Assembly: GCA_029856145.1 (NCBI GenBank)
Contig: JAHQWK010000012.1
Location: forward strand, 96,001 to 160,000
DNA from: Promethearchaeia archaeon
Lineage (GTDB): Archaea; Asgardarchaeota; Lokiarchaeia; Sigyniarchaeales; SOKP01
Direction: 5' to 3'
DNA: 64,000 nt
In this document: positions 30,901-39,930 of the stretch, one piece after another
Layout of the letters: each line of letters begins with the position of its first letter
How positions within the stretch are numbered: the first letter of the stretch is position 1
The notes under the pieces: generated by a model
Told to the model about the DNA's origin: nothing
Seen by the model: the letters and a program-made list of their open reading frames with translations, nothing else
The model's database searches: none
Program-made: the position numbers and the translations under genes

Positions 30901-31962
30901 TTGACACTTATGAGTGTAAAAAAAGAAAGCTCAAATATAATCCGCCTAGCACATGGGGCGGGTGGAAGTTTACAAGAAGAATTAATTGATTTCATCACTA
31001 AAAATATTCCTTTTAAAAATATAAATAATGGGATTGGAGTTGAGGCATTAGATGATGGTGCTACAATTCCTTTAAATGGTTATGAAAAAGAAATCGTTGT
31101 AACAGCAGATGGGCATACAATTTATCCTCTTTTCTTTCCTGGGGGAGATTTAGGAACTTTAAGCATTTGTGGAACTGTAAATGATCTTTTAATGATGGGT
31201 GCAGAACCATTAGCTTTAACGTCCATGATAATCATAGAAGAAGGTTTTGAATTCAAAAGTTTAGAAAAAATAATTAATTCAATGAATATAATGACACAAA
31301 AAGCGAATATTGCAATAATTGCGGGAGATACTAAAATAATGCCCCGAGGATCATTAAATGAAATAATTATAGCAACAACAGGGATAGGAATAAAAGATAA
31401 AAGCATAAATATTTTAGATAGCCGCCTAAAAGTTGGAGATCATATAATTATAACTGGGAGTATAGGAGATCATGGAACAGCACTAATGGCTTCTCGAGAA
31501 GGGTTAAATATTTCTACGGACCTAAAGTCAGATCTTTCACTTTTATTAGAAATTCATAATGCAATCAAGTTTGAAATTAATAATAATTTTATTCATGCTA
31601 TGAAGGATCCAACACGTGGAGGTATTGCAGCTGCTTTAAATGTTTGGGCCGTGAAATCAAATGTAAGCATCTGGATTGATGAGGAAAAAGTCCCGCTTAA
31701 AAAACAAGTCACAGCTATATGTGATATGTTAGGATTAGATCCATACAATATAGCAAGCGAAGGGAGAGCTCTCTTAGCAGTTGATCCAGAGCATTCTGCA
31801 AAAATATTAAAAAAAATCAAGTCAACTGAGATCGGAAAAGATGCTGAAATAATTGGGGAGGTAAAAGTACAAAATCCTCGAAGAGTGTTCTTAAAAACAA
31901 TTGTAGGAGGAACCCGGTTTATAGATATGCCTCTGGGGGACCCAATACCTCGTATTTGTTAA
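30901..31962 (+). CDS. hypE: hydrogenase maturation protein HypE
   Basis: HGAGG, FFPGGDLG, GDTK, DPTRGG, C-terminal PRIC. Confidence 0.96.
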   Translation: MTLMSVKKESSNIIRLAHGAGGSLQEELIDFITKNIPFKNINNGIGVEALDDGATIPLNGYEKEIVVTADGHTIYPLFFPGGDLGTLSICGTVNDLLMMGAEPLALTSMIIIEEGFEFKSLEKIINSMNIMTQKANIAIIAGDTKIMPRGSLNEIIIATTGIGIKDKSINILDSRLKVGDHIIITGSIGDHGTALMASREGLNISTDLKSDLSLLLEIHNAIKFEINNNFIHAMKDPTRGGIAAALNVWAVKSNVSIWIDEEKVPLKKQVTAICDMLGLDPYNIASEGRALLAVDPEHSAKILKKIKSTEIGKDAEIIGEVKVQNPRRVFLKTIVGGTRFIDMPLGDPIPRIC

Positions 31963-32318
31963 TCATTGTATCCATTCTTATCTTTTTTACATAAAATTTT
32001 TTCTATACCTATTTTAAGAATAGATATGTCTTTCTTAGCAGTATTCCATACTTCTTTTAGATCCACTGTGAAGTATCCGTGGATTAATTTATCTCTTATT
32101 CCAGCTAATTTTATCCAAGGTTTATTTTTGAAGTTTTTTCTTATATCATCAGAAAGGTTCATTGTAGCTTTTCCAATTATTTCAAGTTCTCTAATTACGG
32201 CACTTTGAATCAAGCATTTCTTTATGAAAGTTTTAAAATAAAAATCCTTTGTAAATTCTATGATATGTATACAGGAATCAATTATATGACTTTAAAGAAG
32301 GTCATTTTTATCATTCAT
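31959..32318 (-). pseudogene. HEPN/DUF86 (HepT-like) toxin with in-frame TAA at codon 9
   Basis: ATG at 32318 overlaps the antitoxin stop; MNDKNDLL*SHIIDSC... is in frame with RDKLIHGY (Rx4HxY). Confidence 0.75.
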
Positions 32319-32614
32319 TCATAAATCACAATTACTTCTTTCAATACTTGATCCTTAATGTGAGGGCTTATTCCATTTCGAGATAATAGATCAATTTTCA
32401 TATCCAAAGCTTCAGATAATTCAATTTCTATGCCAACATGATCTAACAAACTAGTTCCCTCAGGGAAATCTACAATTAAATCTAAATCACTTTTTGGTGT
32501 TGCTTCTTTACGAGCATAAGATCCAAAAACTAAAATTCTTTTAATATCATGCTTTACAAGAATAGAAATTATTTTTTTTTTAATTTCCTCATTTAATTGT
32601 AACTCTTTTTTCAA
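32315..32614 (-). CDS. MNT nucleotidyltransferase antitoxin (MntA-like)
   Basis: FGSYARKEATPKSDLD (GSx10DxD), KIDL. Confidence 0.88.
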   Translation of the reverse strand: MKKELQLNEEIKKKIISILVKHDIKRILVFGSYARKEATPKSDLDLIVDFPEGTSLLDHVGIEIELSEALDMKIDLLSRNGISPHIKDQVLKEVIVIYE

Positions 32615-32752
32615 TTTGTATCAGTTCTAATTTATATTGAATATATTTTAATTATAGAGAAAGATTATCTTAAATAACTTCTACTATAAATAAAGATAAT
32701 TTACATTATTATAATTTGCTAAACTTTCAAGAATTTTTACTTAGATAATATT

Positions 32753-33847
32753 ATGAATATTCCCGGAATAAGTATCCTTAGAAGTAAAGAGTTTACAAAG
32801 AAGATTATAAATTCAATCAATAAATTAGTAAAAGATATCAATAGATCTGTTAAATTTATGCATATTTGTGGAACTCACGAACATACAATTTCTAAATACG
32901 GATTAAGAACTCTCTTACCTAAAGAAATTGAAGTGTTATCCGGTCCAGGATGTCCTGTATGTATATGTCCAGCAGCAGATATTGATAAAGCCATTGAGCT
33001 TGGAAAACGGGATGATACGATAATCACTACTTTTGGAGATATGATCCGAGTTCCTGCCTCTAAAATATCTCTAGCAGAACTAAGAGCTAAAGGTGCAGAT
33101 GTGAGAATTGTCTATGGTCCAAATGATGCGGTGAAAATAGCGAAAGAAAACCCAGATAAAGAAGTAATCTTTTTTGCGATAGGATTTGAAACAACCGTTC
33201 CCTTAATTGGCTATGAAATTCAATCTGGACCTCCTTCAAATTTCTCCGTAATTTGTGCACATAAATTAATTCCAGCTGCGTTAGAACTCTTGATTAGTCA
33301 GTCTCAGCTAAAAATAGATGGATTTATCTCGCCGGGGCATGTTTCTACAATTATTGGGCTTCAACCTTATAAAATCTTTTCAGATGCTTATAAAGTTCCA
33401 AATGTAATTGCTGGTTTCGAACCTAATGATGTATTGGTTGCTATATTGATGCTCCTAAAGCAGAGAAAAGAAGAAAAGTTTGAAACCTTAAATGAATACT
33501 CCCGAGTTGTAAAACCAGAGGGAAATAAGATTGCTCAACAAATTATTGCAGATGTTTTTGATTCTGTTTCCTCTCCATGGAGGGGTATTGGAAGAGTCTA
33601 TGATGGAGGTTTAGTTATTAAAGAGAAATATCAGGCATTTGATGCTGAAAAGAAATTTGATATAAAAATCGAAAAATCCCAAGACATCCCTCCTGGTTGC
33701 TCTTGTCATTTAGTGATGGTAGGTAAACTCTATCCTTATGAATGTCAATTATTTAGAAAAGAATGCACTCCTATTAATCCTATTGGACCATGTATGGTAT
33801 CTATGGAAGGTACTTGTAGTATTTATTATAAATATCATAGTGAATAA
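32753..33847 (+). CDS. hypD: hydrogenase maturation protein HypD
   Basis: CGTH, GPGCPVC, GFETT, PGHVS, GPCMVSMEGTC. Confidence 0.96.
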   Translation: MNIPGISILRSKEFTKKIINSINKLVKDINRSVKFMHICGTHEHTISKYGLRTLLPKEIEVLSGPGCPVCICPAADIDKAIELGKRDDTIITTFGDMIRVPASKISLAELRAKGADVRIVYGPNDAVKIAKENPDKEVIFFAIGFETTVPLIGYEIQSGPPSNFSVICAHKLIPAALELLISQSQLKIDGFISPGHVSTIIGLQPYKIFSDAYKVPNVIAGFEPNDVLVAILMLLKQRKEEKFETLNEYSRVVKPEGNKIAQQIIADVFDSVSSPWRGIGRVYDGGLVIKEKYQAFDAEKKFDIKIEKSQDIPPGCSCHLVMVGKLYPYECQLFRKECTPINPIGPCMVSMEGTCSIYYKYHSE

Positions 33848-33852
33848 AATTA

Positions 33853-34725
33853 TTAAACCGACCATGGAAAACAAGAATTATATTTATCAGCTCCCCAAGC
33901 ATCTGTAGCGGGGAAATTACACCGGTATCCTTTTTCATAATTTTTGTTGTAATATGTTTTTACGTGCATTCCCCACACGATACTATCAAAATCAGCTCTT
34001 GTTAATCTTTGGGCGTCAGAATTTTGAGAAAAATTTTGGGTGCTATACTCAAGACTACATTTCCAATAATATGTTTTTTCTTTAAGATATGATGATTTAT
34101 CTCCTTGATCCTCTTGTACCCAAGAAACAAAACAGACATCATCTTTTCCTTCCAAGCAATTAGTCAAATATTTTAACCTAGAATCAAAACCGCCTTCATT
34201 AGCGGCCCAATATCCGCCCCAATAACTTACAAGAACAATTAGGATACGTCCTTTTAATTCTCTTACTGTTGGCCATTTATAATTCTTTTCTCTGAAATCT
34301 TTATAAGTAAAAAGAGTATTAGGTTTAAACGAATCAATTATAATCTTATTTAATTTCTTGATCCCATAAAGTTCTCCAGGTTGATTATTCGAGTCAATAA
34401 TTGAATCTTTAAGTTCAATAAAGAGTGTGATAGGCGCATGGTTTTTATATTGTTCATTAGACCATTCATCTAAGATTTTAAGCCAATTATGGAAGAGAAG
34501 ATTATTAGGGTTGCCATCCTCATTAAGAAGAGTATCGATATGATTTTGTAAATGGTATACTTCAAAATCTTCTAATTCTTGTATTTTATCGTCATGTATA
34601 TCATATTCAAGACCCCTAACTCCCTTGTTTAGTTGTTCTCTTATAGAATATTCATATGAATTATGGCTTGTCTTAAAAAATGCTTTATTATAAGGTACAT
34701 CCCATAGATTTTCTTTGATAGTCAT
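33853..34725 (-). CDS. PI-PLC X-domain-like phosphodiesterase
   Basis: SHNSY...SIREQLNKGVRGLEYDIH, HAPITLFIELK, WPTVRELKGRIL. Confidence 0.75.
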   Translation of the reverse strand: MTIKENLWDVPYNKAFFKTSHNSYEYSIREQLNKGVRGLEYDIHDDKIQELEDFEVYHLQNHIDTLLNEDGNPNNLLFHNWLKILDEWSNEQYKNHAPITLFIELKDSIIDSNNQPGELYGIKKLNKIIIDSFKPNTLFTYKDFREKNYKWPTVRELKGRILIVLVSYWGGYWAANEGGFDSRLKYLTNCLEGKDDVCFVSWVQEDQGDKSSYLKEKTYYWKCSLEYSTQNFSQNSDAQRLTRADFDSIVWGMHVKTYYNKNYEKGYRCNFPATDAWGADKYNSCFPWSV

Positions 34726-34874
34726 TTTGGTACTGTATTACTGCATGTGTTATTTGATTCTAAAACGAAATCTTAATTTAATAAGGCTTTTCATAATAAA
34801 ATATTAATCTTTTTTTTTAGCGATTATTTAATAATTTAGAATTAAAATTAAATATGAAAATTTGAAGGAACTAG

Positions 34875-37277
34875 TTGAGAGATTATAAAACAGTAGAGAT
34901 TCGAATCACAGGAATAGTTCAAGGTGTAGGATTTAGACCCTTTTTATATAATTTAGCTCGCTCCTTAAATCTCAATGGTTATATTTTAAATAGAGGGAAT
35001 GCAGGAGTAAGATTAATATTACAAGGTTATTCTCAAAATATTAAAAGATTTTTAGAAGATATTAGAATAAAAAAACCAGAAATTTCTTTTATTGAAGATA
35101 TTGAAATAGATTATTTAGATGTTCATGAAGAATTTAAGGATGTAGAGATAAGGAAAAGTGAACAAGGACGAGGTATTAGTCAATCACTTCCACCAGATAT
35201 AGCAATTTGTAATGATTGTTTAAAAGATATGCGTAACACCCAAAATGAAAAGTATTATAACTATCCTTTTATTGCGTGTGCAGTGTGTGGTCCAAGATTT
35301 ACTACAGTCACAGAATTACCTTATGATAGGGAAAGGAGTACTATGGGTGAATTTCCTTTCTGCCAACGAGCTGAACCCGAATCTTGTGTTCGAGAATATT
35401 CAAATTTTAATAATAGAAGATTTCATGCTCAAACATTTGCTTGTTCTGTTTGTGGCCCTCATTATACTTTGTATAATAAAAAGGGAGAAATTATTAATGA
35501 TGACTCAATAAGTCTTATCTTGCAAAAAACGGCTAAGATGATTAATGACGGAAATATTGTTGCTGTTAAAGGTCTCGGAGGTACACATCTAGTTAGTTTA
35601 GCTGATGATGAAACTATTATAAAACTACGTAAAAGAAAAGGAGAAAGAAAGAATAAACCTTTTGCTTTAATGGTACCAAATTTGAATTTAAGTGAAAATG
35701 CATTAGAAATTTCACCTTTAGAAAGAGAACTCTTAACTTCATTCCGCAGACCTATTGTACTTTTACAGCTAAAGGATCCTTCCAATCATTCAATAATTAG
35801 TAATCAGGTGGCACCCGGATTAAATAATGTTGGAATTATGCTCCCGTATTCAGGGATCCATTATTTATTATTCGATTTTATTGGAGAAAAACCTTTAATA
35901 TACACAAGTGGAAATAAATCTTATATTCCTATGGCGATAGAAAATACGGATATATTTAATCAACTTGAAGATTTAGCTGATGCGTTTCTACTTCATAATA
36001 GACGAATTTATCAAAGAGCCGATGATAGTGTTTTAAGAATTCATGATAACAAAGTAAAATTAATTAGACGCTCAAGAGGTTTTGTTCCAGAATATTTACC
36101 GTTACCGTTTAAGGTAAATGTTCAAGGTGCTCTTGCTACAGGTCCCGAATTAGCTACAACGGGAGCTATTTTAAGATTTAATAGAATATTTCCAACTCAA
36201 CATATAGGGCATGTAACTCATCTTGAAACTTATGAGTTCTTAAAAAATTCGCTTTTGCATATGAAAAATCTACTTCAAATTAAAGATCCTGAAATAGAAT
36301 TTATAGCATGTGATTTACATCCAGAATTTATTACCACCAAATTTGGAAAGGAATTATCTACTCAATTTAATGTTCCACTTTATCCTATCCAACATCATTT
36401 TGCTCATATCTTGGGATTAATGTCAGAAAATAAGGTAGAATCTGAAGAAGAAATTATTGGAATAAGCACAGATGGTGTTGGGTATGGTGATGATGGTAAT
36501 GTATGGGGTGGAGAGGTCATCTTATGTAGTTATAATGAGTATAAACGACTTGGCCATTTAGAATATCAACCAATGATAGGAGGAGATCGTTGCACTAAAT
36601 ATCCCGCTCGAATGCTAGCTTCAATATTATTAAAAGAACTCGAAATTGAAAAAGCTTCAAAGATCTTTAGTAGCCTAAAACTACAAAATGATTTAGAATA
36701 TAAAGAAACAGAATTAAAAACTCTAATTTCACAATTTAAGGAAGTTAACAACCAATTCCCTTCTAAAAATATCCCGCTTACAAGCTCTACAGGCAGGATT
36801 TTTGATGTTGTCTCATATATTTTAGGAGTAACTAATATAAAAACATATAGAGGGGAACCTGCGATGAGACTTGAAGGATTAGCTTCAATAGGTAACCCTG
36901 ATAATGTTAAACTGAAAATTAATATAATTAAAAGAAATAACATCTCAATAATAAATAGCTCGAAACTTATTCTTGATATTATAGAGTTATTTAAAGATAA
37001 AAAAAATCATCCATCAGATATTGCTGCTAGATTTCAAATAGAATTAGCATTAGCATTTGCAGATGTTGCTAAAGAAATAGCTGAGTTGCAAGGAATTAGT
37101 AAAATTGGGTTAACTGGAGGTGTTGCTTACAATTATTCATTTGCAAAAACAATAAAAGAAAACATAGAATTAGAAGGTTTTACCTTTTTAGAGCATAATT
37201 TGGTTGCCCCTGGAGATGCTGGTATTAGTACTGGACAATTAATTGGAGGATTATTCCAACACCTTAATAATAAATAA
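34875..37277 (+). CDS. hypF: carbamoyltransferase HypF
   Basis: GIVQGVGFRPF, Zn fingers, KGLGG, QHHFAH, DGVGYG, PGDAGISTGQ. Confidence 0.96.
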   Translation: MRDYKTVEIRITGIVQGVGFRPFLYNLARSLNLNGYILNRGNAGVRLILQGYSQNIKRFLEDIRIKKPEISFIEDIEIDYLDVHEEFKDVEIRKSEQGRGISQSLPPDIAICNDCLKDMRNTQNEKYYNYPFIACAVCGPRFTTVTELPYDRERSTMGEFPFCQRAEPESCVREYSNFNNRRFHAQTFACSVCGPHYTLYNKKGEIINDDSISLILQKTAKMINDGNIVAVKGLGGTHLVSLADDETIIKLRKRKGERKNKPFALMVPNLNLSENALEISPLERELLTSFRRPIVLLQLKDPSNHSIISNQVAPGLNNVGIMLPYSGIHYLLFDFIGEKPLIYTSGNKSYIPMAIENTDIFNQLEDLADAFLLHNRRIYQRADDSVLRIHDNKVKLIRRSRGFVPEYLPLPFKVNVQGALATGPELATTGAILRFNRIFPTQHIGHVTHLETYEFLKNSLLHMKNLLQIKDPEIEFIACDLHPEFITTKFGKELSTQFNVPLYPIQHHFAHILGLMSENKVESEEEIIGISTDGVGYGDDGNVWGGEVILCSYNEYKRLGHLEYQPMIGGDRCTKYPARMLASILLKELEIEKASKIFSSLKLQNDLEYKETELKTLISQFKEVNNQFPSKNIPLTSSTGRIFDVVSYILGVTNIKTYRGEPAMRLEGLASIGNPDNVKLKINIIKRNNISIINSSKLILDIIELFKDKKNHPSDIAARFQIELALAFADVAKEIAELQGISKIGLTGGVAYNYSFAKTIKENIELEGFTFLEHNLVAPGDAGISTGQLIGGLFQHLNNK

Positions 37278-37317
37278 CCATGTGAAAATTTAAGTAATAC
37301 TCTATTTTTCGAATATT

Positions 37318-38409
37318 ATGATTGTTTCTAATAAACATAAGGAAGATTTAGTAAAAGTAGCAAAAAAATTAGAAAGAAAGACTCAATCCTTTCCTAAGGA
37401 TGAGAATGGGGAGCCTACTGATACTTATTTAGAATATCTTAGCTTGATGTATGATCCTGATGTTGCAGAATTAGTTATACCCTTACCTGTTTTCCCAGAA
37501 ACTATCTCCATTGTTAGACTTGCTAAAAAGACAGGATTAGATAAGAATACATTAAAAAAAAAGCTTGAAATACCGGCTAAGAGAGGTTTTATTATTAAAT
37601 TAGGTAAAAGTTATGCTCAACTAATGCCTTTATTTGTCTATGATATACCATTTATTTTAAAAGTAAATTATGAAGACCATAAAGATGAAATAAAGAAGTT
37701 TGCTTATTTAAGTCGAAAATTCTATACTGAGGAAGGATATTATAAAACTTGGCAGAATAGTAGAAAAGGTGTTCCCAGATTTAGAGTACTAACGGTTAGT
37801 GAAGAAATTGAACCCAATCGAGAAATTATCCCTATTGAAGAGGTCTATAGTATTATTGATAAATGGGATGACTTTGCGGTAATTCCATGCCCTTGTAGAA
37901 AAAGAGCAGAAATAGAAGGAATAAGAGAATGTAAAGAGAAATATCCTATTCATAATTGTGTATTATTTGGACCTTATGCTAAAGCTGTATTAGAAATGGG
38001 AGATCCCATAATAAAGTCCGCTTCTAAAAATGAAATCGTAAAAATCACCAAGGAAGCAGCAGAAGTGGGATTGGTTCATTGTACTGATAATAGAGCAGAA
38101 AATTGTACGATATTGTGTGCTTGCTGTGAGTGTTGTTGCGGAATGCTGAAAGGATTAACAAGATTAGATAATCCAAGAGCTATAGCAAAAGCTAATTTTA
38201 TTTCACATATAGCCGAGGATGATTGTATTGCTTGTGGAACTTGCGTAGAAAGATGTAAGTTTGGTGCAATAATAGTAGATGATATTGCTCATGTTAATCC
38301 TGAAAAATGTGTTGGGTGTGGATTATGTGCTGTAACTTGCTCAAACAACGCAATTATTATGAAAAGATTTGAAAGAGAAGAAATTCCAGGAGCCAAAATT
38401 ACAAATTAA
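37318..38409 (+). CDS. 4Fe-4S dicluster protein with Cys-rich central domain
   Basis: CPCR, CACCECCC, CIACGTCVERC, CVGCGLCAVTC. Confidence 0.85.
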   Translation: MIVSNKHKEDLVKVAKKLERKTQSFPKDENGEPTDTYLEYLSLMYDPDVAELVIPLPVFPETISIVRLAKKTGLDKNTLKKKLEIPAKRGFIIKLGKSYAQLMPLFVYDIPFILKVNYEDHKDEIKKFAYLSRKFYTEEGYYKTWQNSRKGVPRFRVLTVSEEIEPNREIIPIEEVYSIIDKWDDFAVIPCPCRKRAEIEGIRECKEKYPIHNCVLFGPYAKAVLEMGDPIIKSASKNEIVKITKEAAEVGLVHCTDNRAENCTILCACCECCCGMLKGLTRLDNPRAIAKANFISHIAEDDCIACGTCVERCKFGAIIVDDIAHVNPEKCVGCGLCAVTCSNNAIIMKRFEREEIPGAKITN

Positions 38410-38520
38410 TTATATGTTTTTTTCCAAATTATTCAGGTGCATCTTAGCTTTTTCAAATCATATTGGATTAATAATATTATTTAATAACATTTTTTCGTTC
38501 AAATATATAGTGAAATGATC

Positions 38521-39918
38521 ATGGGTGGGCTCTTCGGTGTTTATTCAGATTCAGATTGTTTAGAAGATCTTTTTTATGGAACAGATTATCATTCTCATTT
38601 AGGAACAAGAAGAGGAGGATTAGCAGTAAAAAACTCAAGTGGTTTTCAAAGATTCATCAAAGATATCACAACAACTCAATTTAGATCTAAATTTGAGAAA
38701 GATATTAAGAAAATGCATGGTAATAAAGGAATCGGGGTGATTAGCGATTATGATGATCAACCATTAATAATTAACTCACATTTAGGCGTATTTGCTATTT
38801 GTACTGTTGGAAAAATTAATAACATAGAAAATTTAGCAAAAAAAGCTTTAAAGAATGGATCTCATTTTTCAGAGATGCATGGAGGTGAAATAAACCCTAC
38901 AGAATTGGTAGCAACAATAATAAGCCAAGGTGATAGCTTTAAAGATGGAATTCAAGAAGTTCAAGATATGATAGATGGATCATGTACTATGCTTATATTA
39001 ACAAGTGAAGGTATTTATGCAGCTCGCGATAAACTTGGAAGAACCCCCCTTGTAATAGGAGAGAAATCTGGTTCTTATGCCGTTACAATGGAAACTTGTG
39101 CATTTCCAAATCTTGGGTATAAAATAACAAAATTTCTTGGACCAGGAGAAGTAATTTATATAAGTAAGAACGGTCTTGAACAAAAAATCACACCTGGTAA
39201 CCGAATGCAAATATGTGGCTTTTTATGGGTGTATTATGGATATCCAGCATCAAATTATGAGAATATTAATGTAGAAGTTGTTCGTTATAAATGCGGCTCT
39301 TATTTAGCAAAAAATGATGAAACCCAAGTTGATCTTGTTGCGGGTATTCCTGATTCTGGTACTGGACACGCTTTAGGTTATGCAAGCGAAGCAAAAATTC
39401 CTTTCTCACGACCATTTGTAAAATATACTCCAACTTGGCCCCGTAGTTTCATGCCTCAAGATCAATCTATTAGGGACGAAGTTGCGAAGATGAAACTCAT
39501 CCCGATTAAAGAACTCATTAACCAAAAGCGTTTACTTTTCTGTGAAGATTCAATTGTGAGAGGGACACAACTTAAGAAGACAATTCAAAGGTTGTATGAA
39601 TATGGAGCCAAGGAAGTCCATATGAGACCTGCATGCCCCCCACTAGTTTATAGCTGCAAATTTCTAAATTTTTCGCGGTCTCGTTCAGAATTAGATTTAG
39701 CGGGACGGTGGGCAATAAAAGAACTAATTGGAAGAAATATTGATAATCCCATTGAGTATACTGACCCTGATTCTGATAATTACAAAGCTATGGTTGAGGT
39801 TATACGTAAAAGGTTGGGATTGACGACCTTACAATACCAGAGGCTTGAAGATTTAATTAACGCCATAGGATTACCAAAGGAAAAGATATGCACGTATTGT
39901 TGGGATGGTATAGAATAA
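38521..39918 (+). CDS. purF: amidophosphoribosyltransferase paralogue lacking the N-terminal Cys (MGGLFG type)
   Basis: RDKLGRTPL, PDSG, EDSIVRGT, CTYC; no Cys1. Confidence 0.85.
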   Translation: MGGLFGVYSDSDCLEDLFYGTDYHSHLGTRRGGLAVKNSSGFQRFIKDITTTQFRSKFEKDIKKMHGNKGIGVISDYDDQPLIINSHLGVFAICTVGKINNIENLAKKALKNGSHFSEMHGGEINPTELVATIISQGDSFKDGIQEVQDMIDGSCTMLILTSEGIYAARDKLGRTPLVIGEKSGSYAVTMETCAFPNLGYKITKFLGPGEVIYISKNGLEQKITPGNRMQICGFLWVYYGYPASNYENINVEVVRYKCGSYLAKNDETQVDLVAGIPDSGTGHALGYASEAKIPFSRPFVKYTPTWPRSFMPQDQSIRDEVAKMKLIPIKELINQKRLLFCEDSIVRGTQLKKTIQRLYEYGAKEVHMRPACPPLVYSCKFLNFSRSRSELDLAGRWAIKELIGRNIDNPIEYTDPDSDNYKAMVEVIRKRLGLTTLQYQRLEDLINAIGLPKEKICTYCWDGIE

Positions 39919-39930
39919 AGAAAAAATTGA

